From positions 24,986,001 through 25,050,000 of the forward strand of contig NC_082731.1 in NCBI RefSeq assembly GCF_030144855.1: a DNA stretch of 64,000 bases, read 5' to 3'. The position numbers were made by a program, and so were the translations under genes. The notes under the pieces were generated by a model, which did no database searches, was not told the origin of the DNA, and saw only the letters and a program-made list of their open reading frames with translations. The DNA is from Hypanus sabinus. Taxonomy: Eukaryota. Every line of letters starts with the position of its first letter. The stretch's first letter is position 1. This document shows, one piece after another, positions 26,061-39,454 of this stretch.

Positions 26061-26559
26061 GCAACCTTGACATCATATGGGGCATTGCTGCTACAGGCTG
26101 GGAGTGGCCTAACTTTGATCACAGAGATGCTAATAACTGGAAAAAAATTGCGATTTTAAAAATGTCCGATAACTGCCCTTTCCAGATATCTCTGTCTCCA
26201 TCCCTGGAGAAATATTATTCACAGAGGTCTTTCGTAACACTACTGGATAGGCTGCTATCTTGCCTGTACATTTCCCACGCTGTCGTTGATAAAAATGATA
26301 CTCTCTTTACTGCGGTCATCGACATCTGTACCACAGATGAAACATTACATTACAGAACAGAACAGCTGTTCTGTTTCTTCAAATGGTGTGGTTCTGTACC
26401 TCTGACAAGGACTTTGCCAGAATTTCATCTCATCGATTTCCCAGATCCTCAACCACACATAACTGGGAGATCGCGGAAGGAGTGTTGATGCTCACTGAAG
26501 CCGTCTCCCAATCTTCGTCGGGAATCACCAGAAGATTATGAACTATACAGATTTACAGG

Positions 26560-27190
26560 CGGTATCGGCCTTTTTAATTCTACTTCTCATTCCCATTCCG
26601 ATATATACATACATGGCCTACACCACTGTCGTGATAAGGCCGCAATTTGGTTGGAGGAACAACACCTTATATTCGATTTTGCTACCCTCCAACCTGATAA
26701 CATATTCATCGGCCACTCAAACTTCCATTAATGCCTCCAACGCCCCAAGTAGTTCACCGTTTCCCGTCGTATTTCCTCGTTCACCTCTGATCTCCTTTCC
26801 CCCCATCACCTCCCTCTGGTTTTCCTCCCCCACACTCAACATTTTTTTTCTTTTTCCCAGTGTCTTCTGTCTCTTTCACCAAATAAGTTAAGAGCACTTT
26901 GGTTCATCCTTTCCCCTCAAAGTTCCACCTATTTCGCTCTGTTTCTTTCTCTCCACAGTTCACCATTACAGTCTACTCTCTGCCTTTGCTCTCTTCAGAA
27001 CGGTTTCTGTTCGAAATGTAGACGATATTTTCTGTTTGTTTCTCGTTGATGCTGCCTGGCCTGCTGAGTTCCTCCAGGATTTTGTGTGTCTAGTCTCATA
27101 GTCGCTCCAACTTGCATTCGAAACAAATAGATGCTGATGGACTTCTGCTTTCTTCGCTTGAACATGAGCTCGTTGTTGAGCCACTATTCA
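26560..27190 (+). mobile_element. Penelope-like element 3' end (GIY-YIG C-terminus and tail)
   Basis: HGLHHCRDKAAIWLEEQHLIFDFATLQPDN resembles the Uri-domain end. Pyrimidine-rich tail and GATGCTGCCTGGCCTGCTGAGTTCCTCCAG terminus. Confidence 0.8.
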
Positions 27191-27344
27191 ACCACAATTT
27201 CAACCATTCTCCCATAAGTGCAGATTCGTAAGCAGCTTTAATTTGACAACGTAAGTGGTTTCGACAGTGTCAGCATTTTCGAAACTCTTAGCAACGCAAC
27301 CATTACGGGCTATATAATTGGTAAAACAACGAGCAAAACGCACA

Positions 27345-27892
27345 GACTTGTGGTGCCCTGCTACTAATGGTGAGTGTGGAAGCGTTCCGGCTCCAAATCT
27401 CCAACTGAGTATATGGATATTTTAGATGCACAGAAATTTGTGGAGGTCCAGTACTTGGAGCTCAGTGACCAAGTTCGAGGAGATGATAAATCAGATGCGA
27501 CTCTGCTATTAAATTATGGCAAATACCATCAATGAGTTGAGAATTACTACTTATGGAAAGGTATTTTTGAGAGTGTCGGTACGGAGGGAACAGATAACCC
27601 ACTGCATACTGCATTTTTGACAACTTGAAACAAACGACACATCTCTAATGTAAGTCTGTATATATTCCCTGACATCATTGCACGTTCCATGCACATTCCA
27701 CTAGAGCGGAGTCCATTGTACGTAAGTCTGATCGGAGACATATATCAAGATAGTGTGAATCGTCAGTTCGGCATTCAAAGCACTTTTACGAAATATAGCA
27801 GAATGCCTATCATTGATGTTGTGTCTCTGATCGGGCTCTTTACAATAACGCGACTCAGATAGAGTAGAATGCGTCTGTCTCCATCAAAAGTC
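27345..27892 (+). pseudogene. V-segment relic with possible leader donor and degenerate 23-RSS
   Basis: G|GTGAGT at 27370. PIIDVV/VSDRALYNNA resembles LxIxDVxVSDSALYYCA with a 1-nt shift. CTCAGAT (27854-27860), a 23-nt spacer and TCAAAAGTC (27884-27892) follow. Confidence 0.4.
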
Positions 27893-29689
27893 AACTTGGT
27901 TTGCAGTGCTGGCTTTCAAAGTGCTAGCGTGATATGTTGTCACGCTTCAAAGAAGCATTTTAGGTCCCAAGTGCTCTGTATCTTAAAGGTTGATGCATGT
28001 TGTAAAATATATAAATTTTAACCATCGATATCACTTTCTCGAGGACATGATCCCGAAACCATCCTTATTCTTCTATCAGCTATCGGCCTTAAATAATTCA
28101 AGAAGGTATACTGCTATATTAAGTGGAATTCCTCAGCACAGGAGACATATCCAAGAGCAGTGCGTTATCCTGTTTCACATGCCATATTCTCACCATGCCA
28201 GTAACTTAGCATTCCACGCGCCGACCCCTACGTGAATAACTCGATGTACGGGGAAACCCTATGTAGACACTGACGCTCCTGCATCCTGAGTTTATTAGTC
28301 TGCTGCTGTCCAGACAATACAATCCAGGAACCAGCGAGGGCAGGTCACGTATGATCAACAACTTCAAAGTTGGGTGGAACGGCCACATGATTAAGCTGAT
28401 AAGAAATATTATGTGCATCGCAGGTCACTTTGAAGTATGGAAAGGAAATTACAACGGATTGCCAAAAAAAATAAAATATAAAAAGTAGCCACATCATACT
28501 ACGACTGTATAATTGACACCACAGAGTCGAGAAAACATGGAAGGAAAATGCATCGAATATATTAAAATAAAACTGTAGTCATCCTGCGCGGATGTAGACC
28601 GAGTGCAGAGTGAGAGACACTGAACCAGGTTTATAGATCACAAGCTGTAATGCGAAATGTTAAAGGGAAAGAAAACAATACACGCTCGGCCAAAGAGGGC
28701 CGTTAGTGAAAACTCTCAAAAGGAAAAAAGAAGCCTGCACTGCGGTAGAAAAGAACAACTAAGAATTAAACAAATGCTGTCAGTTTTCAGATTCAGTGGA
28801 CTACTCAGTCCAACTTCTCAGAAAAGGCGGAATGCAGGAAACGAAGTGTTGCCATCTCCTGAGTTCAAATGCCGACAAACATTACGTCATAATGAATGAA
28901 GTTAAATGCTATCAAAACGTAATTTTATTTGTCTGACACGTACATATTCATGAGTGCAATTGCCGTATCTTAGGCGCTGCGGAATCCGTGGTTGTGACAC
29001 TGCAAGCATAAAAGGATTATAATCGTAGTTGTATACAGACCTTCCGACAGGGAGTTGGTCCACAGATTTCAACAGGAATCAGAAAGAAGCGGTCAAAGAG
29101 CAATGTTATGTTATTCAAGGGAGATATTACCATGCAGGTCGATTCGGAAGTTCACGATAGCAATGGAGAGTGAGTTTGTTGGATGCCTGATATTTTTTTC
29201 TTTTCTTTTGTTAAACAGAACTTTGTCGTTCAGCTTACTATGGGAAAAATTATACAGGATTGGGTGTTTGTAAGGAACCGAGGGCGCTGGCGATTAGAGA
29301 GCTTAAGGTAAAAGAACCCTTAGGAAAAATTGATCACATTAGGTCAACGTGAAATTTGATGAGGAGCAAGTCATTTCTTGCGTCGCAGGATTTCAGTGGA
29401 TTAAGGGAAATTACAATGGTAAGGAAGAGATGTTGTGCAAAGTAAATTTGACGGAGCTTCTTGTAAGGTTGCCAGCAGAGCCGCAATGCTGTCCGATTCT
29501 GGAAAAACAAGGACGGACACGTGTACTCCAAAAATGAAGAAATACTCAAATAGCAAAATTGCATAATCGTGAATGACAATTGAAGTCAAAGGTAATCTAA
29601 AATAAAAGATACGTTTACAACAAAGTAACACATTGTGGAATTTTAGAGGATTGGGAAGGATTGGGCAACTGCAGAGAGCAACTAAAATA

Positions 29690-31500
29690 ATGATTAGAAA
29701 GGGAAAAAGACAAATGAAAATAATTGACAGATAATAACAAAGTGGATCGTACAGATTTTTTTCGAATTATGTAAAACATTACAAAAAAAACAAAATGGAG
29801 TGGATATAGCACCGGCAGCAAATGTGGCAAAGAAATAAAAATGTTGCACAAAGATATGGCAGACGAGCGAAATAAGTATTTTTCACCAGACTGTACTGTT
29901 GAAGACACGAACAGTGTTCTAGATTTTGAGTTTATGAAAGAATAGAACAGGGTGCAGTTAATATTACATGCAGGATCGAGCACAAAAAGCTGGAAGACCG
30001 ACAGATACAAAAGTCACCATAGGTGTCTGAAAGAGTTAGTTTTAGAGATCGCGGCGACATTAGCAATGATCATTCAAACATCATTCGACTCCAGCATGGT
30101 GCCATACTATTGGAAAATTTCAAATTCCACTCTTTAAGAGAGAAGGAAAGTAGAAGAAAGGACATTATATACAATTTTACCTGTCCTCAATGGTTGGGAA
30201 GATGATAGAGTGAATTGCTGAGGCTGAGGTGATGGAGAACTTTGTGACACGGGAGAAGATAGGACATACTCAGTATAGATATCTTAAGGGGAAATCTTGG
30301 CTGACAAACCGGTCGGAATTCCTTGAGGGGATGACAAGTAGGATAGATAAAGGGGATATATTAGATGTTGTGTGCTTCGACTTCCGGAAAGGCCGTTCAC
30401 AAGGTGTCCACATCAATCCGCTTATGTGTTAAGAGATTGTTGTATTACAGGAAAGTTTGAGCATTGGTTCATTGGAAGGAGGAAGAGAATGGGAATAATG
30501 GATTATTGTCTGTTTTGCTGCCAATTGTTATCCACATGGGTCGGTGTTGTGACAAGTTCAGTTTATGCTGTCTATAAATGATTTAGATGATCAAATACAT
30601 AACTGCTTGGGCAGGATTGCAAATATTACGAAAATTAGGAGAGAAGCAGGAAGTGTAGAGGATGCAGAAGGACAGGTGCAGAGAATGAACAAGATTGTGG
30701 CAAAATGGAATATGATGATGGGAAATGCATGGACATGAGGTTTGGTAGCAAAAATACACCTTCGTACTATTTTATAAACGAGGAGATAAACAAAACTCTA
30801 GGATTTACCAGGACTTGGAATTCCTTGTGTACAACCTAGGAAGATTAACTGACCGGTTGAGTCGGTGGCAAGGAAGACAACTTCAATATTAGCATTCATT
30901 TCAGATTTCAAGAATGCTAGAGTAGGATTATGATGCTGAGATTTTCTAGGCAATGGAGAGCTATCAACTTGCGTAATGTCAACTGTTTTAGGCCGCTCAT
31001 TTTAGAAAAGATGAGCTGGTATTGGAGACAACCCGGAGAAGGTTCACACGGATTACTCAAGGAATGAAAAGGATAACACAGGGGGATTGATTTGACGGTT
31101 GCGTGTCTTTACTCTCTGCAATCTTTCGAATGTTGAAGGTCTCAGAGAAAGTAAATGTGGAAAGGATGTTTCCATTGGTGCCAAAGACTAGGACAAGAGG
31201 GCAATGCTTCAGGATAGCGGGGCGCCTATTCAATTGACACTGATGCGCAGAAATTTCATTTGCCGGAGGGTTGTGAATTGTGAAAATTATTTCCACATGT
31301 AGCTTTGGTGGCCAGGTCGTTGCGTGCATTTAAGGGAGAGATTGACAGGTTCTGGGTTGGTCAGCTCATCAACGGGAAGAAAACCAGTAATGGGGTGTAG
31401 GTGTAGGAAAAATAGGGATTAAACTTGATTGAATGGCAAAGCAGAGTCAGTAGGCCTCAAACAATAATATTAGTTTAAATGGCTTATGGTTTTATGGTCT
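29690..31500 (+). mobile_element. CR1 RT to 3' UTR, decayed
   Basis: YLKGKSWLTNRSEFLEGMTSRIDKGDILDVVCFDFRK (30229-30432) with downstream CR1 C-terminal motifs. Confidence 0.9.
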
Positions 31501-31714
31501 TATCCGAATTAAATACCATGTATTCTATGACCTGTTATTTCTAACTTTACCTCTGATATGGCTAAAAATAATAGCCTTATCTGGTAACTACTGGCATAAT
31601 TCGAGCAACAGTGAACCTGCTTTAGAATTTCAGTGATCGCACAATCTTTTAACCATAAGCACGGTTTTAACATTTCAGTTTTTGTTAATCATAAAGAATT
31701 GTTATGCACCATCG

Positions 31715-31848
31715 NNNNNNNNNNNNNNNNNNNNNNNNNNNNNNNNNNNNNNNNNNNNNNNNNNNNNNNNNNNNNNNNNNNNNNNNNNNNNNNNNNNNNN
31801 NNNNNNNNNNNNNNNNNNNNNNNNNNNNNNNNNNNNNNNNNNNNNNNN
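31715..31848. other. Assembly gap (134 N)
   Basis: Run of N. Confidence 1.
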
Positions 31849-32739
31849 ACACTTAATTTCAAACGACAATTATTCCATAATATTTATGTTAATCCTTCGA
31901 AAATGAAGATTGTAAAATATTTTATGAAATTTTTCCGCATTAGGCCCCGGAAGGCATCTGATAGTCGTGATGTGCTGGAGCAAAACACTGTCCCACGTGC
32001 TCATGGAATGACTTATTCGTATCTAGATTAGGAAATGCAGACACCACGATAGCATAACAATCCATATCCCGACAATACCACGGCTGGCGTCGTTTACTTT
32101 CTGATGGTGTGCTTCTGTGACAGCCTTAAAGCTGTTACTTATTCCATTTCCATGATCCAATCAAGATAGTCGGTTATAGCAAGCCTGAGTGATAGTGATA
32201 TTATGAACGTGAGAGGAATATGTCAGAGAAAATGAGACAGACGGGTTGTTTCGCTTCATTTCGATAATACGCAGCTTGCCCTTCCTGAATGTCTCTTGAA
32301 ATAAATTAACACATTTATCCACGAAGACATTTATAATCTGCATTATCAAAATATAAAGAATAAAATTGGCTCACAGTCCATCAGCAATATTTGTAATTAA
32401 GTAGAACTGACGATGTTCTCGTACCGTTGCAGAAGTACATCGGGTAATTTGCATATTATTGCAGGCAGTGTTGATTCAGTTTTCTCGCAGCTAGCTTTGT
32501 TGATACTGCAAGTAATGTTATTAAGTGTATAGACAAAATGTTCTGTCGACATTAGCTAGACTGTAATCTGAGTTTTGTCGCACATATTATCTCATAAATA
32601 AACAGCAGGAAGTCGAAAAATATTGAAAAAATGTTTCAGATACACACATCAACTTTTCTTTCGGATCCTCCCATTTTCTCCCAACCCACGGTGTAGCCAC
32701 GTGTACGCCAATGCTGCACCCGTACCGCGCTATATTTGG

Positions 32740-34560
32740 AGAAGGAAGTCTGAGAATCAGAAAGAGAGTGCGTCGGGAGCAATTTTTATTTTTTTTTACT
32801 GCTGCACATCGGAGTTAAGAGAGGTGGGACGGCGCAGGATCCTGAGGTCGGGCAGTAAATAGCGGAATTTTAAAAAGAAGCACAGCCTTATTCAGCTGGC
32901 AGTGGAGTGAAGGCTTAAGGGTTTTGGCTCAACGGGCTTAGGGGGAAACTGGCGAGGCAAGGCAGGTATCGTATTCAAGTTTTCCTGTTAATGGAGGCAA
33001 GGGGGGATTATGAGCGTCAAGGCAGATTGCTGTTCTCGGTGCCGGATGTGGGAGGTAGAGGAGCCTCCCGAACTTTGAAACCTGCGCCAGGTGCGCCGAG
33101 CTGCATTTCCTGCGGGATCGTGACAGGGAAATGGAGCTGCAGTTCGATTAACTTCGTCTGGACAGGGAGAATGAGGAGTTGATGGAGAGGAGTTACAGGA
33201 GGTGGTCACAGCAGGGCCAGGGGCCCAGACAAGTGGGATACGGTTAGGAGAGCGAGGGGGAAGATTAAGGTACCAGAGACTACTCCAGTGGCTGTACCAG
33301 TGAACAATCAGTACTCCTGTTAGAGTACTGTTGGATGTACGGCCAACCTGGGGGAAGCAACAGTTGTCGTGCCTCCGGTACAGAGTCCGGACGAGTACTA
33401 CAGAAGGGTAGCGAAAGGAAGAGGAAAGCATTAAAAAGAGTGAACTCGATAGTTAGGGGGTCAGATAAGCGATTTTGTGGAAGCAGTCAAGAGACCCGAA
33501 TGGTAGTTTGCCTCCCTGGTGCCAGGGTCGGGGATGTTTCAAATGGTGCCCAAGATATCCTGAAGTGTGAGGGTGAGGAGCAAGTGGTCGTGTTACATAT
33601 ACGTACCAACGACATAGGTAGGAAAAGTGAAGAGTTCCTTAAAAGAGAATATAGGGAGTCAGGAAGGCAATTGAAAAGAAGGACCGCAAAGATAGTAATC
33701 TCGGGATTACTGCCTGTGCCACACGACAGTGAAAGTAGGAATGGAATGAGGTGGAGGATAACTGTGTGGTTGAGGGTTTGGAGCAGGGGGCAGGGAGTCA
33801 AGTTTCTGGATCATTGGGACCTCTTCTGGGACATGTGTGACCTGTACAAGTTGTTCGGCTTACGCTTGAAGCAATATACTGGCGGGGAGATTTGCAAAGG
33901 CTACAGGGGATACTTTAAACTAAAACGGTTGGCGGGTGGGAATCAATGTAAAGAGACTAGGGGAGAGGAGGTTAGTTCTCAAATAGAGAAAGCTAGTAGA
34001 TAGTGTGTGAGGGAGGATAGGAAGGTGATAGAGAAGGGGAGCGCTCAGACAGAAGATGTAGGGGAGAAGGAAGAAAAATATATTAAAGTTGATCGCATCG
34101 TTAGGGATAAACAGAGAGGAAGAGTTTATTAAATGCATCTATTTTAATGCAAGGAGCATTGCAAGAAACGTGGATGAGCTTAGAACATGGATTAATACCT
34201 GGAAATATGATTTTGCAGCTATTAGTGAAACATGCTTGCAGGAGAGGTTTGATTGCCAACTAAATATTCGTGGATACATTGCTACAGGTGTGATATAATC
34301 GGAAGGGCAAGAGGAGGATATGTTGCCTTGCTTGTCAGAGAAAATATTACAGCGGTGCTCTGGCAGGATAGATTAGAGGGTTCGTCTACGGAGGCTTTTT
34401 GGATGGAACTGAGTAATGGGAAATGTGAAGTAACACTTGTACGGTGTAATATAGACCGCCTAATCGGAAGCGAAAATTGGAGGAGTAATGTTTTAAGGAG
34501 CTGGCAGATACTTGTAGTAAGCACAAGGTTGTGATTGTGGGAGATTGAAATGTTTTCTTT
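32740..34560 (+). mobile_element. CR1 5' part: zinc-finger-like ORF1 start, SGNH-esterase domain, start of endonuclease
   Basis: ORF 33335-34003 has RMVVCLPGARVGDV...VVVLHIRTNDIGRK...IVISGLLPVP (esterase-like). CIYFNARSIARNVDEL is the APE start. Confidence 0.9.
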
Positions 34561-35030
34561 TTCCTCAAAACTACCTGCTCTTCCACCCATATTGATTCAT
34601 AAACAATCTTTGCAACAAAGCCAACATTACCATCACACGTCATTGACATTTTTCATTAAAAATGTCCCACCTTTCCACCGCTAGTCATCGGTAGCCAACC
34701 AGAAAAAGCTCCCTTTTTCCCCATTCCTTGCCTCGTAGCAAGCAGCCACTGTATCCATGCTAGTGCTTTTCTTGTAATACCATGGGCTGTTAACTTGTGA
34801 TGTAACCTCGTCAGCAGCGACTTGACAAATGCTTTTTGAAAATCCAAGTACACGATATCCACCAATTCAATTCTGCTTGGTAAGTCTTCAAATAATTCCA
34901 ACAAATTTTTCATGCAAGGTTTTCTTTGGCCTACTTCATGATGTGCCTCCAAGTACCCGGAAACTATAACCTTACCAATCGACTCCAAAATCTTCCCAAC
35001 AAGTAAGATCAGAATAACTGGCCAAGTAAT
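34560..35030 (-). mobile_element. Inverted CR1 RT fragment
   Basis: CMKNLLELFEDL...DIVYLDFQKAFVK (34656-34988, minus). Confidence 0.85.
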
Positions 35031-38000
35031 AGGGGACTCGATAGTTAGGGGGTCAGATAGGCGTTTCTGTGGACGCGATCAGGAGACGCGGATGGTAGTT
35101 TGCCTCCCTTGTGCCAGGGTCCATGATGTTTCTACTCACGTCCAAGCTGTCCTGAAGTGGGAGGGTGAGGAGGCAGAGATCGAGGTACATATAGGTACCA
35201 ATGACATTGGTAGTAAAAGGGAAATGGTCCTGAAAGTGAAATATACGGAGTTAGTAAGGGAGTTGAGAAGAAGGACCGCAATGCTAGTAATCTTGGTGTT
35301 ACTGCCTGTGCCATGCGACAGGAGAGCAGTTATTGAATGAGGTGAAAAATGAATGCATGACTGAGGGATTGGAGAAGGGGGCAAGTTTCTGAATTATCAG
35401 TACCTCCTGAGGCATGTGTGACCTGTACATAAAGGACGGGTTGGACTTTAATCCTAAGGGGACTAATATCCTGGCAGGGAGATTTGCGAAGGCTACTGGG
35501 GAGGCTTTAAACGAGAATGTTCGGGGAGTGGGAATCAAATTGAGGAGACTAATACTGAGGAGGTTATTTCATAAACAGAGAAAGCTTGTAGACAATGTAT
35601 GAGGGAGGATAGGCAGTTGATAGAGAAGGGGAGCATTCAGACCGAAGATGTAGGGGAGAATGAAGGAAAAGATAATAAATCTGTTTGCACCGTTAGGGAT
35701 CAAAACGAGTCTGTTGGAGAATTTCTTTATTGCATCTGTTTTAAAGCTGGGAGCAATATAAGAAAAGTAGATGAGTTTACAGCATGGATTGTCACCTGGA
35801 AATATGATGTTATAGCTAATAGTGAAACATGGTTGCAGGACGGGCGTGATTGGCAGCTAAATATTCCTGGATTTCGTTACTTCAGGTGTGACAGAATCGA
35901 AGGGTCAAGAGTGGGATTTGTTGCATTGCTTATCAGAGAAAATATTACAGTGGTGCATTGCCAGGATGGATTAGTCGTTTAGTCTAGGCAGGCTAGCTGC
36001 GTGGAACTGAGGAATGGGAAATCTGTAGTAACACTTATAGGGTGTAATATAGACCGCCTAATCGGAAGCAAGAATTGGAGGAGAAATGTTTTAAGGAGCT
36101 AGCAGATACTTCTAGTAATCACAAGGTTGTGATTGTAGGAGATTTAATTTTTCCACACAGTGATCGGGAAGCCGGTTCTGTAAATGGCTGCATGGTTTGG
36201 TGTTTGTAAAATATGTGCAGGATAGTTTTTTGCAGCAATACATAGAGGTACCAACTAGAGAACGGGCAATGCTGGATCCCCTGTTCGGGAATGAGATAGG
36301 TCAGGTGACGTAGTTATGTGTTGGTTAACGCTTCGGGTCCACTGATCACAATGCCGTTGGTTCAAAATAATGATAGAGAAGGATAGGACAGGACCCAGTT
36401 TAAGACATTTGATTGGAGAAAAGCTAACTGTAGGGAGATGCGAACGGATTTAGAAGGAGTAGATTGGGACAATTCTTTTAGGGGAAGGATGTAATAGGGA
36501 ATTGGAGGTCATTTAAAGGTAAAATATTGAGGATAAAGAATCTTAATGTTCCTGTTAGGTTGAAAGGAAAGGTTACATTTTGAGAGAACCATGAGAGACA
36601 AATCAAGGGATATTGTAAACTTGGTTCGATAAAAAATCGAGAGCGATCTACAATAAATATAGGCAGCAGGAAGAAAATTAGTTGCTCGAGGAATTTAAAA
36701 AACTGTAAAAATAATCTCAATGAAGAAATCAGAAAAGCTAAAAGAAGATGTGAGATTGCTTTGGCAAGTGAGGTGAAAATAAATCCAAAGGGTTTCTACA
36801 GTTATATTAACAGCAAAAGGATATTGAGAGGTAATATTGGTCCCTTAGAGAATCCGTGTGGACTGTTACGTGTGGAGCCGAAAGAGATGGGGGAGATTTT
36901 GAACAATTTATTTTCTTCGGTATTCACTAAGGAGAAGGATATTGACTTGTGGAAGGTAAGGGAATCAGGTACCGTAGTTCTTGAAACTGTGATGATTAAA
37001 GAAGCGGAAGTACTGGTGCTGTTAAAGAATATAAAAGTGGATATGTCTCCAGGTGCTGACAGGATCTTCCCTGGGACTTTGATTGAAGTTAGTGGAGAAA
37101 TAGCAGGGGCTCTGACAGAAATATCTCAAATGTTATTAGAAATGGTGATGGTGCCGGAAGATTGGCGTATTGCTCATATAGTTCCATTGTTTCAAAATGG
37201 TTCTAACAGTAAACCTACCAATTATCGGCCAGCAAGTTTAACGTCAGTCGTGGGTACATTAATGGAAAGTATTCTTAGAGAAGGTATATATAATTATCTC
37301 GAAAAACAAGGTCCGATTAGGAATAGTCAACATGGATTTCTGCGTGGAAGATCATGTTTGACAAATCTTATTGATTTTTTTTTTTCAAGAGGTTACTCGG
37401 AAGTTCGACGACGGTAAAGCAGTTAATGTTCTCTATATGGACTTCAGTAAGGCCTTTGACAAGATTCCACACGGAATGTTAGTTAGGAAACTTCAATCGT
37501 TAGGTATTAATATTGAAGTGGTAAAATGGATTCAACAGTGGCTGGACGGGATATACCAGAGTGTAGTGCTGGATAACTGTTTGTCAGGTTGGAGGCCGGT
37601 GACTAGTGGTGTGCCTCAGGGTTCTGTACTGTGTCCAATGTTGTTTGTCATGTAATGAATGATATGGATGATGGGATGATAAAGTGGATTAGTAAATATG
37701 AAGGATACTAAGATAGTTTGCGTTGTGGATAATGAAGTCGGTTTTAAAAGCTTGCAGAGAAATTTACGGCAGTCAGAATAGTAGGCTGAAAAATTGCGCA
37801 GGGAGTTTAATGCTGATAAGTGTGAGGTGCTACATTTTGGTAGGACTAATCAAAATAAGACATACATGTTAAATGGTAGGGCATTGAGGAATGCAGTAGG
37901 ACGGAATGATCTAGGAATAATAATGCACAGTTCATTGAAGGTGGAATCTCATTCAGATATGGTGGCGAAGAAAGCTTTTGGGATGCTGTCCTTTATAAAT

Positions 38001-38610
38001 CACAGCATTGAGTATAGGAGTTGGGATGTAATTTTAAATTTGTACAAGGCATTGGTGAGGCCAAATTTGGAGTATTACGTACATGTCTTCTCACCGGATC
38101 CTGGGAACGATGTCAACAAAATAAAGAGAGTTTATAGAGGATTTACTAGAATGTTACCTTGATTTCTGCACCTAAGTTACTTAGAATGATTGAACAAGTT
38201 TGGTCATTATTCTTCGGAGAGTAGAAGGTTGAGTGGGGACGATAGAAATATTTAAAAGTATGAGGGGGATATATAGAGTTGACGTGAATGGGCGTTTTTT
38301 CCACTAAGAGTAGGGGAGATTCACACGAGGCATGAGTTGGTAGTTAATGGCAAGAGTATATTTCTTAACTCGAGGGGGATCTTCTTTACTCAGAGATGGT
38401 AGCTGTGTGTAATGTGCTTCCAGTAGAACTGGTAGAGGCAGGTTCGTTGTTGTCATTTTAAAAAAAAAGAACAAAATGGGATAGGTATATGGACAGGAAA
38501 GCAATAGAGGGTTATGGGTTGAGTGCAGGTCGGTGGGACTAGGTGAGAGTAAGCGTTCGGCACGGACTATAACGGCTGAGATGGCCTCTTTCGGTGCTGT
38601 AATTGCTATA
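35030..38610 (+). mobile_element. CR1, second copy: esterase ORF1 part, endonuclease, RT and 3' UTR
   Basis: MVVCLPCARVHDV, then NYRPASLTSVVGTLMESIL...SQHGFLRGRSCLTNL, LYMDFSKAFDKIPH, VTSGVPQGSVL and KALVRPNLEYYV. Frameshifted. Confidence 0.95.
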
Positions 38611-38639
38611 TGTTTATATCTATTATTTTTCATCACCTG

Positions 38640-38960
38640 CGTAGAATGCTCCATGGCCTCCCTAAACCTACGCTGGCAATGTTCCAAAGTTCCCCAACTC
38701 CTTCTATTTGACACGGACGACCGCACTGGCGTTGATACATGTACCCTTTTTGACCATGCCAATTCCATCCACTTTGCCTCCAACTTCCACAGTGCAATTA
38801 AAATCATTTGTTCCATTTCGGACACTTTATCGGCTTTCTCTGTCACTTTGATTCCATTCCTGGAGTCATCAAGACATGGCTGATGATTCATTTATAAAAC
38901 TAGTGACACTCTCATTTATCTTGATGATACATCTTCTCATCCTGGCACGTGCCAATTTTG
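38640..38960 (+). mobile_element. Penelope RT fragment
   Basis: PQLLLFDTDDRTG...SNFHSAIKIICSISD resembles Penelope LFLRYIDDCIG...NFHPALKFTW.ISD. Confidence 0.75.
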
Positions 38961-39239
38961 TCATTTCATTTACGCAGCTGCCCTATCTTATCGCATTTAC
39001 TCATAAGACGTTGCATTACTCATATTGGCGTTAAACAGTCAGGGAGGACCTTTCTCAACATTTGTAAAGAGATTGAGTGGAAACAGAACAATGGCTATTG
39101 TAAACTAAACCAGACGCTTTCTCGCACAAAAGTAATTTGGAAATAGCGCACCAATTGCATAGATCTAGAATACCAACCGTCAGACGTGGCTCTGCCCAGT
39201 TCTGAGGAATAACATACCTCGACTGTCTAGCATCTGTCA

Positions 39240-39245
39240 TATAAA
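39240..39245 (+). promoter_or_regulatory. Candidate TATA box of the V gene
   Basis: TATAAA about 30 nt upstream of the leader ATG at 39271. Confidence 0.4.
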
Positions 39246-39270
39246 CCATCAAACACCCGGAAACAAAACA

Positions 39271-39313
39271 ATGAACTTCCTCTTGAGTGCCACGCTCTGC
39301 CTCTGCTTTCGCC
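39271..39313 (+). CDS. Leader (L) exon of NAR-type V gene
   Basis: ATG-MNFLLSATLCLCFR plus C, then phase-1 donor GTGAGT at 39314. Resembles the IgNAR-type leader MNIFLLS... Confidence 0.9.
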
Positions 39314-39454
39314 GTGAGTACCGTTTACAATTTTGCACTGTAAGCAAGTGAAATATAAAACTGAATAATTTTGAATTTCATGAAGGCATAGTATTTCATG
39401 AATGCGTGTTTTACATCTTATGCCGCTTCTTTTCTCCATATTATTAATTTCCAG

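Noticed and set aside
26162-26488. 108-aa ORF with FHLI and LGD strings, plus an 18-bp palindrome ACAGAACAGCTGTTCTGT
   Set aside because: No YYC motif or RSS. The palindrome is isolated and derived from an ACAGA microrepeat.
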